Assembly: GCA_964016885.1 (NCBI GenBank)
Contig: OZ024740.1
Span: 316,634,001 to 316,698,000, forward strand
Reading direction: 5' to 3'
Length of the DNA stretch: 64,000 nt
Origin: Eledone cirrhosa
Taxonomy: Eukaryota
Below, one piece after another: positions 1 to 16,032 of this stretch. Below the pieces are notes generated by a model. That model worked only from the letters and a program-made list of their open reading frames with translations, ran no database searches and was not told where the DNA came from. Within the stretch, counting starts at the first letter, position 1. Each line of letters starts with the position of its first letter. The position numbers and the translations under genes are program-made.

Positions 1-420
1 CATGCACCTTCACTAGACATACTTTAAAACAGTGGGAAAATCCTTGGGCTAATTGTGTGGTGACACAAGAGGCCTACTTTGAAGGGGATTAACAATTGGA
101 TCCCACCAATTCAGTCAACTGACTTCATATATATGTAATGTAAAAGCAAAAATTCTGAACAAGAGAAAGATGTAGGACAACAAACACTCTTCCCTCATCA
201 GCCACCAAACTAAAATAAAATAGACACTGTGTGATTTCAACTAAAGTACAGGTGGCATATACACACACGTACATATGTGTGTGTATAGAGAGAGAGAGAG
301 AGAGAGTCTGCAGTGCTGAGACTGAGGAGACGACTAATCATGTGAGTACTTGATATATGGGAAGATGTAGAATGGGTATAGAGATACGTAAAATTCTGAC
401 TGCTTGACACTGCGCTCAGG

Positions 421-457
<37 letters not shown>

Positions 458-459
458 AT

Positions 460-941
460 AATACATTTGAAGACTAAAATCCAAAGAGGGCTCGATAAGG
501 ATAAATATATATCAAATATATAAGAACCGTAGAGCAAATATTTATTAAAATAATAGATTAAAGTTTAAGCAAAGAATCGCTGCTTTCACTCTTAACGGGA
601 TCTTCATTTTTTCCGTTCATTGCCAGAGAACGTCTCCATGAACCACCTAATAGAATATTAGTTTACAATTTCATTTATACCATAAACGTGGCTTTGTCTT
701 AGCATGTAATTGTTTTCACCGCGCCAAATAATGACGTATTATCTTCGGTTTTTTTCCGTTCTTTGCCAGGGAACATTTGCACGAACCAATGTATCGTCTT
801 CCTGTCTTCCTCTGGTTGCAACGTTTTTTGAAATATTTACTTCTGCGTTCACAGATTGACTTTTTTAGTTTCAGAAGATCCCAGTAAGGGTGAAAGCAGC
901 GATTCTTTACTTAAACTTTAAACTGCTATTTTAATAAATAT
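460..941 (-). mobile_element. Putative PLE pLTR-derived element with ~67-bp inverted arms carrying degenerate hammerhead cores
   Basis: 539-605 is the imperfect reverse complement of 874-941. Each arm reads (C/A)(A/T)GAAGA-TCCC-loop-G(G/A)GT-GAAAGC, with AATAAA further 3'. Flanked by (TA)n on both sides. Confidence 0.5.
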
Positions 942-1014
942 ATATATATATAAAATGTTTAAGCTTGTTGAATCCCAACAAATTAAATATAACCTAGAGA
1001 GAGAGAGAGAGAGA

Positions 1015-1346
1015 GGGGGGCACATGGCTTAGTGGTTAGAGCATTGGGCTCGAAAGATTGTGAGTTCAATTTTCTCAAACCAGGTGATGTGTTGTTTCCT
1101 TGAGCAAGACACTTTATTTCACATTGTTCCAGTTTACTCAGCTGTAGAAATGAGATGAAAGGACTGGGCTCCCTATCATTCCACTGCAATGTGGTCGTGG
1201 AGGCGCCATGGAAAAAAAGCACCCAGCACTCACTGTAAATGAGGTTGGTGTTAGGAAGGGCATCCAGCTGTAGAAATCAAGCCAGAATCAGTTCCCGTCC
1301 CACCCTTGTAAGCAGGGAAAAGTGGACATAAAATGACGATGATGAT
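1015..1346 (+). mobile_element. tRNA-derived SINE (family S1) with RTE-derived 3' tail
   Basis: A-box TGGCTTAGTGG and B-box-like GAGTTCAAT. Central CCTTGAGCAAGACACTT...ACTCAGCTGTA domain (Meta/V-type by recollection). Tail CCCGTCCCACCCTTGTAAGCAGGGAAAAGTGGACATAAAATGACGATGATGA matches the 3' end of the LINE at ~10380-10435. Second copy at 17389-17717. Confidence 0.85.
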
Positions 1347-1412
1347 ATATATAAAGGAAGTATGTTTAGAAAATGGCGAGTAGAGTTTGAAAATTGTTCT
1401 GTGGGTTTACAG

Positions 1413-1443
<31 letters not shown>

Positions 1444-1814
1444 CATACATATATATATATATTTATATATACTTTATGTAGTATTGTTTCACTAATAGAT
1501 AGATAGGTTTGTGATCCAGTCATTCAAATCAGCAGATCGTGATGTAATAAGAAAAAAGCACTCAACGTCATGTGTATCTTCCATCATAGATGGAAGATAC
1601 ACATGACATTAATGGAATCGGACCTTCACATATTTTTCATTGAGGTATATGTATAGATAGAGAAAGCAAGATATATATATATATATAGAGAGAGAGAGGG
1701 GGGGTGGGGTATGATAGGCTCAGGAGCTGTGAGAATTCCAAGTACTAGTAATTGAGACTAGTGTGACATGATCAATAGTAAGATGTTTATTATACATAAA
1801 CATTTTACCTGTCA

Positions 1815-1853
1815 TATATATATATATATATACACACATGTATATACATTTAC

Positions 1854-1884
<31 letters not shown>

Positions 1885-1909
1885 CACACACACACATTTA
1901 TATATACAT

Positions 1910-1942
<33 letters not shown>

Positions 1943-2109
1943 CATACACACACACATATATATACATACACACACACACACACATATATATATACATACA
2001 CACACACACACATATATATATACATACACACACACACACATATATATATACATACACACACACACACATATATATATACATACACACACACACACATATA
2101 TATATACAT

Positions 2110-2154
<45 letters not shown>

Positions 2155-2167
2155 CACACATATATAT
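1815..2167. repeat. Mixed (TA)n/(CA)n microsatellite with ~28-bp higher-order unit
   Basis: Repeated TATATATATACATACACACACACACACA-like units. Confidence 0.95.
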
Positions 2168-2879
2168 GAAAAAATTCAGGACCCCAATGGCTGTTTCAAC
2201 TCAACTATCTCAAGTAGCAAGTACTCTGGTGAGTAATGGTCTAACTGGTTTTTACCACCTCCATTCTGATACACATACATATACACACACAGAGCCAATT
2301 GCCGTCATAACTTGATTTAAAAAAAAAAAAAGAAGTGAGAAAGACATAATTATCAAATTAAAAGTAAATGTGCTTATTTAAGTTTGTGGTGGTGGTGGTG
2401 GTGGCTCTGGTGGTGATGGTGATGAAGGTGGTGGCAGTGATGGAGGTGGTAATGGTGGTGGTGGTGAAGGTGGTGGAGCTGGTGTATATATGGTAAAATA
2501 TATCTGACATTAGATAGAAAGTGGAATAGCAAACACTTAAGATAAAACACTGATATCTGAACAGTTTATATAGCTCATCAAATGTTTCATTGTATTGATA
2601 GCTTAGAAACTATAATTACCAAAGTCTACAATCACAGATAATGGAAATTAATAATATTGATAAGTGAAATTATTGCTGTTGATAAGAGGTATTTTGCATA
2701 CAAATATCAGGTTGAAACATATACAGTCTACGAGAAATTTACGCTACACATAATTTGTTTGTTTGTCATTTTCTCACCATTTTCTCACCATTTTCTCACC
2801 ATTTTACATTAAGTGATCTGTATGAGTTATTGAGGGTCCCAATTGTGGTCTTTTAACTTAATGTGGGTTCTATCTAAAG

Positions 2880-3214
2880 CAGTGTTTCCCAACCTATGGC
2901 CACATGGCTAAAATGGGCCACGGCAAATTTCAGGTGGGCCGCAGAAATTTTATAATTTTTACTGGGCCACCAGGCTAACATATGAGCCACAGCTTATTGA
3001 ATGGTCCATAGAACTTTTATTGACTACTAGTCCTTAAATTAATTAACTTAATGTTTGTGAAATTGTGTGTCCAATAAATAGACATAGTTGTGTCTTTATT
3101 GGATATATTCTATGTAAAATGGAAGTCATTTTTTACACTATAATAATTTCATGGGCCACAGAATGATTCTGGGTTCAAAGTGAGCCATGAGCTAAAAGAC
3201 ATTGGGAACCACTG
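2880..3214. mobile_element. hAT-superfamily MITE
   Basis: TIRs CAGTGTTTCCCAA...TTGGGAACCACTG; perfect 8-bp TSD ATCTAAAG at 2872-2879 and 3215-3222. Confidence 0.9.
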
Positions 3215-3429
3215 ATCTAAAGCATATGTGCCAGGCCCATTTCTTATCAGGCAATAGATATACATGATTTGATTCAAATAGAGATTAGATGACTGAAGGG
3301 GTTAAGCTAGTGAACTAGCTATTCAGATCATGTAAATTCAAGTCCATATCAGAGGCTTTGTTTGTTGTGTTTCTTAACAGAACACTGTGTTCTACATTGT
3401 CTTAATTAATTGACTTTGTTATTGATATT

Positions 3430-3650
3430 ACTGTTGTTTATCCTGAAGCTGAGCTTGATCGAGCTGGCCTATGATCAAAGACATTCCAAATATGACTATC
3501 ACATTTTTCTTTCTTATGTGCAAAGAACTAAGGATCACATCATCTAATGTATCATTTTAAAGATATTTTCAGCAGTTTCAGCAATCATACAGGGGCTCCC
3601 AATACTAGATTTTCTGATAATGTTATCTGCAATAGACTAGCATCTTAGCC
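3430..3650 (-). mobile_element. Degenerate copy of a SINE-like repeat with (AAC)n tail (family S4)
   Basis: Reverse complement resembles 29290-29508, 31410-31525 and 38440-38630 (GGATGGTCATGGCTGGAATG...GATCATAGG...AACAAC). Confidence 0.55.
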
Positions 3651-3841
3651 AAGAGGAAAAATGTCTCTCATCAAGTGATGAAATTATAAGCACTACTGTA
3701 TATACTCAAATATAAGCTGAGGAATGCATGACAAAAACACAATTGATGGTAGAGGGTGGGATAGTTTATATTCGGGCTCAATATTTTAATGATTTTCCCC
3801 AATTTCAAATTCGACGTAAATAAGGTTTGGATTTTTGCCCA

Positions 3842-3922
3842 TTTCTCATATATTGGAGTATATACAGTAATTCTTATCCCTTTCTCATATATTGGAGTAT
3901 ATACAGTAATTCTTATCCCTTT
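3842..3922. repeat. Tandem duplication, 39-bp unit x2
   Basis: TTTCTCATATATTGGAGTATATACAGTAATTCTTATCCC occurs twice. Confidence 0.9.
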
Positions 3923-4477
3923 CGATACCAACCTGGTCAAACACAACTCTTGTTCTATGAAACAAAACAACCACTCATTTGAATTGGTTCTTGCTTAAAT
4001 TGAAATCTTCCAATAAAATGTTACACAAGAAGTGATCGTGTTGGTGTCACAACAAAATTCACCCAGTCCACACTGAAAATGTGGTAGGCCAGAAACAGTT
4101 CTGTATGAGCAAGACACAGTCATCTGATCTGGCTTGTCTCACAGAAGGACAACTCGTATAACCCATGCTAGTATGGAAAAATGGATGTTAAACAGTGATG
4201 ATGATGATGATGAAATGTTAAGTTACTATTTCAGTATCAAAATTATAATAATTGGAGTAACTCCCTCAAAATTCTTCAATAATTAAATGAAACAGTCACA
4301 ACTCGACTGTCGTTCATTAGAATAAAGTCAGAAAAGGGTTTAAATAATTCTCAAGAATGTTTATGGCATTTTAATAATTTTAATCATATTTGAACACAAC
4401 CCTCATCAATAGATTACATGCTTAGTGTTTACAGAGGTATATTTCATAGTACACATATACAGTAGTCAATTACATAC

Positions 4478-6270
<1,793 letters not shown>

Positions 6271-6408
6271 ACGAAGGAAATGTGGTAAGGAACCAGGTGG
6301 ACCATAACGCACCAAAGTACTCAATATTTAGGGAAGTAGAGGGGGTAATAGGAACAAGTAAGACCCCGACGGCTGAGCTCAAGCCGTTGGGGTCTTACTT
6401 GTTCTTAT
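6271..6408 (-). mobile_element. Short hairpin island in the TA array (putative PLE pLTR remnant)
   Basis: AGTACTCAATA at 6316-6326; 27-bp inverted arms at 6348-6374 and 6382-6408. Confidence 0.5.
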
Positions 6409-6618
6409 ATATATATATATACATATATATATATACATATATATATATACATATATACATATATATATATACATATATATATATATACATATATATATAC
6501 ATACACATATATATATACACATATATATATACATATATACATATATATATACATATATATACATATATATATATACATATATATATATACATATATATAT
6601 ATACATATATATATATAC

Positions 6619-6673
<55 letters not shown>

Positions 6674-7620
6674 CATCATCATCATCACCGTTTTACATCC
6701 GTTCTTCCACGCTAGCATGGGTTAGACGGGTTGTCCTGTTGTGGGCAGTGTCTGGTCGGCTGACCATGCCTTGCTCGTACAGGAACTGATTTGGCTTATA
6801 TTTCTACAGCTGGATGCCCTTCCTAACACCAACCTCATTTACAGTGAGTGCTGGGTGCTTTTTCGTGGCGCCTACATGTACACTTTACAGTGTGGGCTGG
6901 GTGCTTTTTTGCGGTGGCACCTCCACGAGCACCTTGCAGTGGGGGGTGTGGGGGCATATTATCTATATGCTTCAGCTTGTACCCATGGGAGGTCGGGTAC
7001 TCTGTATTACTGTGAGACACCAGAGGTCACGGTCATGTGTCATCGCCTTTGAGAGGTGTAATTGGGTAAGGTCGGCTTTATCACCTCATCCCAGGTCATC
7101 GTGGGTCTCCCCACTCCGCGGTTTCCATTGACTTCTAATGCTCTGCACCTTTTTATGCAGCTGTCATCCTTCATACGCATTACATGTCCATACCAACGCA
7201 GCCACCTCTCCTGCACACAGCATTTGATTCCTCTTATGCTCAGTCTCTCTCTCAATTCATTTATGCTTTGTCGTTCGCATATATTACTATTACACATCCA
7301 TCGGAGCATGCAGGCTTCGTTTCTCTCCAATCTACGTAAGTCTTCCACCTTCAGCGCCCAGGTCTCACTACCATGCAACATCGCTGTTCGGATACACGCA
7401 TCATACAGTGTGCCTTTCATTTTGAGGGAGAAGCCTTTTGCAGCTAGCAGTGGCAGTAGTTCCCTGAACCTCTTCCATCCCGTTCTTACCCTAGTTATTG
7501 TACTTTCTGAATACCCACCTCCGCTGCTAATTCGGTCACCTAGGTAGCAGAAGCTGTCTACTGTTTCTACAGAGCCCTCCCAGAGATTGGTGGTACTTGT
7601 TTACTATGGCTGTTTGCTGC
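6674..7620 (-). mobile_element. 5'-truncated RTE-clade LINE, family A (ORF2 C-terminus, 3' UTR, (ATG)n tail)
   Basis: Minus-strand peptide DSFCYLGD...MLHGSETW...[11 protein letters not shown]...GRP is typical of RTE ORF2 ends. (CAT)n at 6674. Near-identical copy at 37608-38379. Confidence 0.93.
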
Positions 7621-7656
7621 ATATATATATATACATATATATATACATATATACAT

Positions 7657-10435
7657 ATACTGACAATCATCTCGGTCTATGCTCCCCAAGCAGGCCTAGG
7701 CAAAGATGAGAAAGACTGCTTTTATGAGCAACTTTTGCAAACAACCACAATGACAGAGGATGGAGACATCGTTTTGCTAGCAGGAGACTTCAATGGTCAT
7801 GTTGGACAGCTCCAGGATGGTTACACTGGGGTACATGGTGGGCACGGTTACGGTTCAAGAAATGAAGAAGGAGTGAGACTTCTTAAATTTTGTGATGCAA
7901 GTACATTGACTATTTGCAACACAAACTTCCAGAAACCTGCCAATCACCTAATAACCCAACAAATCTGGTGAGCACATAAGCCAGATTGACTTCCTGCTAG
8001 TTAGGCAGCGGGACAGGCAGATAGTGTCTAATACCAAGGCATACCCTGGGGAAGAATGTACCCCACAGCATAGGTTAGTTGTTAGTGATATCTCAGTAAG
8101 CAAGAGATGGAATGAGACATGTAGGAAGGTGTGGAGAAGAAAGGTCTGGAAGCTAAAAGACCTTTCACTAAAATTCAAATTTAGGAAAGCCCTTCAAGAT
8201 GTATATGACGAAAAAGAAGACGATTTAGAGACGTATGACATAGATAATAACTGGAAGTTCTTACGTGACAACTTGCTGAAGGCTACTGATGAAACCTGTG
8301 GCTGGAGCAGAGCTCCAACCAGACAGAGAGTGACCTGGTGGTGGAACAGCAGTGTAGATAAGGCTATTAGAGACAAAAGACTAGCATGGAAGGCTTGGAA
8401 TAAGGGTGGGAGTAGGAAAGAATATACAGCCACTAAGAGAGAAGCTAGACGTCAGGTGTACTTAGCACGCAGGGAGGCAGAGAGTAGGAGGTTTGCCAAT
8501 GTTCTGTGACGGGAAGATCAGAGGCGTGCGGTGTTCCACATTGCAAGGCAGTGTGTCAATGCAAATCAGGATGTTGTTGGTGATAAATGTGTCCGGGATG
8601 ATGCCGGTGTACTTAGTGTCACGAATGACCAGAAAAAGGAGGCCTGGAAATGTCATTATGAGAGACTGATGAATGTGGAGAACGAATGGGAGAGAGAGAA
8701 ATTACCCTTGGTAGATCCGACAGAGGGACCAGCTATTGAGATTGACGAATATAGGGTCCAAGAGGCGATTAGGGAAATGAAAAATGGTAAGGCGGCCGGA
8801 CCATCGGGAATAGTTGCTGAGATGCTGAAGGCATCAGGGGACGTAGGCACTAAACTGGTTGCACGCATAATCAATCAGGCTATATATGGTGGTGTCATAC
8901 CCAAAGACTGGTGCAGCAGTATTCTCATAAATTGCTACAAAGGTAAAGGGGATGCTTTGGAGAGGAGCAATTATAGGGGTATAAAACTGATAGATCAGGT
9001 TATGAAAGTGGCAGAAAGGATTTTAGCACAACTAATTAGAGAAAGGGTCAAACTAGATGAGATGCAGTTTGGTTTTGTGCCTGGGAAGAGTACAACAGAT
9101 GCCCTCTTCTTGGTGAGACAAATGCAAGAGAGGTTCTTAGAGAAGAATAAGCCACTATACTTAGCCTTTGTTGACCTAGAGAAGGCCTTTGATAGGGTAC
9201 CCCGATCTGTCATCTGGTGGTCCCTAAGGAAGCTGGGTGTTGAGGAATGGCTTGTAAGGACAGTGCAAACTTTGTACAGAGGTACTCTCAGTAAAGTCAG
9301 GGTAGGAATGGAGTTTAGTGAGGAATTCCAGATACAAGTAGGAGTACATCAGGGTTCGGTCCTCAGCCCGCTCTTGTTCATTATAGTCCTCCAAGCCATA
9401 ACAGAGGAGTTTAAGACTGGCTGTCCATGGGAACTTCTCTATGCTGACGATCTGGCTCTTATGGCAGAATCAGTAGAGGAGCTAGAGAATAAATTCCGGC
9501 TATGGAAACAGCAGTTGGAAGCAAGAGGACTGAGAGTAAATCTAGCTAAGACAAAAGTGTTGATGAGTAGAAAAGAGGACAAAACCCTGATTCCGTCAGG
9601 GAAATGGCCATGTTCGATATGCAGAAAAGGAACTGGCATAAATTCTATAAAATGCACACAATGTAGGTCCTGGGTACACAAGAGATGTAGCGGGATAGCA
9701 GGCAAACTAACAGGTAGGGAGAAATATGTATGCAGTAGATGTACAGGGAAATTAGACAGTAGAAGTCGCACTGATAGACACATTTTTCAAATGCGAGAGG
9801 GCGCTATAGAAGTGGTGGATAGCTTCCGGTACCTAGGAGATCAGATTAGCATGGGAGGAGGGTGTTCCGAGGCCATAGTATCTAGAATAAGGACGGGTTG
9901 GAAGAAGTTTAGGGAGCTGCTTCCTCTGTTGACGAAGAAGGGTTTCTCCCTGCGTACGAAAGGCCGGTTGTATGATGCCTGTGTGAGGAGCGCGATGCTG
10001 CATGGTAGTGAGACATGGGCAGCTACCGCAGAAGATATGCGACGGCTGGAGAGAAATGAGGCAAGCATGCTCCATTGGATGTGCAGTGTAAATGTGCGTG
10101 AACGACCCAGCATAAATGTGTTGAGAGAGAAACTGTGTCTGAGAGCGATAGAATGTAGTGTACGGGAGAGGAAACTGAGGTGGTATGGACATGTGATGCG
10201 CATGGAGGATGACCGATGGGTGAAGAAGTGCCAGGAAATGCCAGTTGAAGGAAGACGTGGTAGAGGTAGACCACGAAAAACATGGGCAGAGGTGGTGAGA
10301 ACAGACCTCAGATCATTGAAGCTCACGGTGGAGATGACGAGGGACCGTGACGAGTGGAGAGATGCTGTGCTGAATAAGACCCGTCCCACCCTTGCAAGCA
10401 GGGAAAAGCGGACGTAAAATGATGATGATGATGAT
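7657..10435 (+). mobile_element. 5'-truncated RTE-clade LINE, family B (partial APE endonuclease, RT, PHD-type finger, (ATG)n tail)
   Basis: EN motifs VYAPQ, GDFNGHVG, SQIDF and QHRLV. RT motifs [40 protein letters not shown]. Frameshift near 7957 and in-frame TGA at 8507-8509. The stop codon runs directly into (ATG)n. Confidence 0.97.
8531..10417 (+). pseudogene. Open RT to C-terminal portion of RTE ORF2 (628 aa)
   Basis: Supplied ORF with the non-LTR RT motifs and a C4HC3 cluster at 9611-9742. The upstream part of ORF2 is interrupted and 5'-truncated. Confidence 0.9.
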
Positions 10436-12737
<2,302 letters not shown>

Positions 12738-15362
12738 TCATCATCATCATCATCATCATCAGGTTTAGCGTCCGTGTTCCACGCTTGCATGGGTTTGGAC
12801 GGGGGTTTTCCTACTTGAGGCAAGAGTGGTTGTCTTGCTCACATAGGACTGTCTGGCGGGTTTTCTACAGCTGGATGCCCTTCCTAACACCAACCACATT
12901 TACAGTGTGGGGCTGGGAGGTTTTTACCGTGTTGCCTACACGGCCACATTACAGCGTGGACTGTCTGGCGGGTTTTCTACAGCTGGATGCCCTTCCTAAC
13001 ACCAACCACATTTACAGTGTGGGGCAGGGAGGTTTTTACCGTGTTGCCTACACGGCCACATTTACAGCGTGGACTGTGTGTTTTTTTTGTTGTGACACCT
13101 ACACGATCTCATTTGTTTCGGCCTGGATGTTGTGGGACCAACATAACTTTACATTGAAAGGGGCGGTGTGGATGGGGTGGAGGTGGTGGGACGGGGGTGT
13201 GTTTTGATAGAGATGCCTACTGAGTGTAGTAGGTTTTTACTTTGTATTTAGGAAAGGCGGGTCTTCTCTATTACTGAGTACCGCCAAAGGTCTCGGTCCA
13301 GTGACATTGTCTTGGAGAGGTGTAAGTGTGTGAGGTCGGAATTTATCAGCTCGTCCCATGTTTTTCTGGGTCTGCCTACTCCGTGGCTACCGTCTATCTT
13401 TATTGCCCTGCACTTTGTTATACAGCTGTCGTCTTTCATGCGCATCACGTGACCGTACCAACGTAGCCTTCCCTCGAGTAAACAACATCTGATCCCTCTT
13501 ATTTCTAATTTTTTCCTTAGTTCGTTTATGCTTTGCCGTTCACGTATATTACTGTTACACATCCAGCGGAGCATGCAAGCTTCATTCCTCTCTAGTCTGC
13601 GTATATCCTCTGCACACAATGCCCAGGTCTCACTGCCATGCAGCATTGCTGTTCGTATGCAGGCATCGTATAACCTGCCTTTCATTTTTAGGGAGAACCC
13701 TTTAGCGGCTAATAGTGGTATAAGCTCTCTGAACTTTTTCCATCCAGTTCTGACTCTAGCTACTGTACTTTCAGAGCACCCTCCCCCACTGCTGATTTTG
13801 TCACCCAGGTAACGGAAGCTGTCCACTATTTCTATAGAACCCTCTGCGCAGTTGAAGGAGCTAGTATTTTGTGGGCACTTGCTGCTACCTATTGCACCAG
13901 AGCACCGGCCACATGTAAAATCTATGTTCTTAGTTAGCTTACCTGTGATCCCACTACATCTTTTATGCACCCATACTTTGCATTTGGGACATAAAATGGA
14001 GTTTCTACCTACGCCTTTCCTACACACTGAGCATGGCCATTTCCCAGATGGGACCGCCGCCTTATTTTCTTTCCTACAAACTAGAACTTTAGTCTTAGCC
14101 AGGTTAATTTTAAGGCCTTTTGATTCTAGGCCGTGCTTCCATGTTTGGAATTTCTTCTCTAGTTCGGTCATTGATTCAGCTATGAGCGTTAGATCATCTG
14201 CGTATAGGAGTTCCCATGGGCAGCCGGTCTTGAACTCCTCTGTTATAGCCTGAAGGGCAATAATAAATAGTAGGGGCTAAGAACAGAGCCCTAATGGACA
14301 CCAACTTTTACGCTAAACTCTTCACTGTATTCGTTGTTAATTCTAATCTTACTGACTGTTTCTTTATACATGGCTTGTATAGCTCTCACAAGCCATTCGT
14401 CAACACCTAGTTTTCTAAGAGACCACCAGATAATGGAACGGGGGACTCTGTCGAAGGCTTTCTCCAAGTCGACGAAAGCTAAGTATAGGGGTTTACTTTT
14501 AGCTAGGTACTTCTCCTGTAGTTGTCGTACAATGAAAAGAGCGTCTGTGGTACTTTTGCCTGACACAAACCCGAACTGCATTTCATCTAGATCAATTCTC
14601 TCTCTGATTAGTTGCGCTATTACTTTTTCCGTGACCTTCATGACCTGGTTGATTAATTTAATGCCTCTATAATTACCCCTATCTAGGGCATCTCCTTTTC
14701 CCTTATAGCAGTTAACGATGATGCTGCTACGCCAGTCCTTCGGAACAACCCCATTCTGTACGACTTGGTTAACTATCCGGGTGACCATGGTGTGTCCCAC
14801 CGAACCAGATGCCTTCAGCATCTCAGCAACTATTTCCGAAGGACCAGCCACCTTACCCGTCTTCATATCTTTGATTGCCTTGCTTATTGTACTACCCTGG
14901 ACTAACACTGCTGGTCCCTCTATTGGGTCGATGTGGGGGAGACTGTCTTTCTCCCATTTATTCTCCTCATTTAGTAGCCTTTCGTAGTGACACTTCCAAG
15001 CTACCTTCTTATCAGCATCGGTGATGGCAAGTATGCCATCATCGTTAAGTACACACTTCTCCCCGACAATATCACGGTTTTCCTTGACACATTGCCTAGC
15101 AATCCTGAACACCTCACGTTTTTGGTCCTCACGTTGTAGAACATGCTTGAACTTTCTTTCCTCTGCTTCCCTTCTTGCGAAGTACACTTGTCTCCTAGCT
15201 TCTCTCCTGGCCACTTGATAGTCTTCTCTACTTCCCCCATCCCGCGATACTTTCCAAGCCTGCTTTTTGGCCTTAATTGACTCCTCCACCTTACTGTTCC
15301 ACCACCATGTTACTCTCCTCCTACCTACAGGCCTGCTCCAGCCACAGACTTCGTCTGCCGCC
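12738..15362 (-). mobile_element. 5'-truncated RTE-clade LINE, family C (disrupted RT, PHD-type finger, 3' UTR with ~110-bp tandem duplication)
   Basis: Minus-strand peptide VTWWWN...[12 protein letters not shown]...GVH*GSVLSP, with a stop at ~14291 and a 1-bp deletion, then YADD and WPCSVC...WVHKRC...CGRC. (CAT)n at 12738-12760. Confidence 0.96.
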
Positions 15363-15712
15363 ATACACATATATATATACACATATATATATATATATAT
15401 ATATACATATATATATACACATATATATATATATACACATATATATATACACATATATATATATATACACATATATATATACACATATACATATATACAT
15501 ATATACATATATATATATATACATATATACATATATACATATATATATATATACATATATATATATACATATATATATACATATATATATATACATATAT
15601 ATATATACATATATATATACATATATATATACATATATATATATACATATATATATACATATATATATACATATATATATATATACATATATATATACAT
15701 ATATATATATAC

Positions 15713-15743
<31 letters not shown>

Positions 15744-15784
15744 CATATATATATATACATATATATATATACATATATATATAC

Positions 15785-15815
<31 letters not shown>

Positions 15816-15960
15816 CATATATATATATACATATATATATATATACATATATATATACATATATATATACATATATATATACATATATATATACATATAT
15901 ATATACATATATATATATACATATATATACATATACATATATATATATATATATATACAT
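15363..15960. repeat. (TA)n/TACA microsatellite
   Basis: Directly visible. Confidence 0.98.
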
Positions 15961-15993
15961 GAAAATTGCAAACTCGACTGTCACCACATATCA

Positions 15994-16032
15994 TGAACCT
16001 GAAGATTGCGAAAGCAGGAAAGTACTTGTTCA
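15994..16032 (+). ncRNA. Candidate minimal type I hammerhead ribozyme in a ~190-bp island (15961-16150)
   Basis: Stem I TGAAC/GTTCA; core CTGAAGA; stem II TTGC-GAAA-GCAG; GAAA; palindromic GTAC; TT as UH. AATAAA downstream at ~16107. Confidence 0.7.

Noticed and set aside
1015-1085. tRNA-like sequences (also 17650-17717, 60921-61010)
   Set aside because: SINE heads with A/B boxes that continue into SINE bodies; no complete cloverleaf.
8507-8509. In-frame TGA in RTE B as possible selenocysteine or readthrough
   Set aside because: Family C has Gln here. A nonsense mutation is simpler, and the copy also has a frameshift and 5' truncation.
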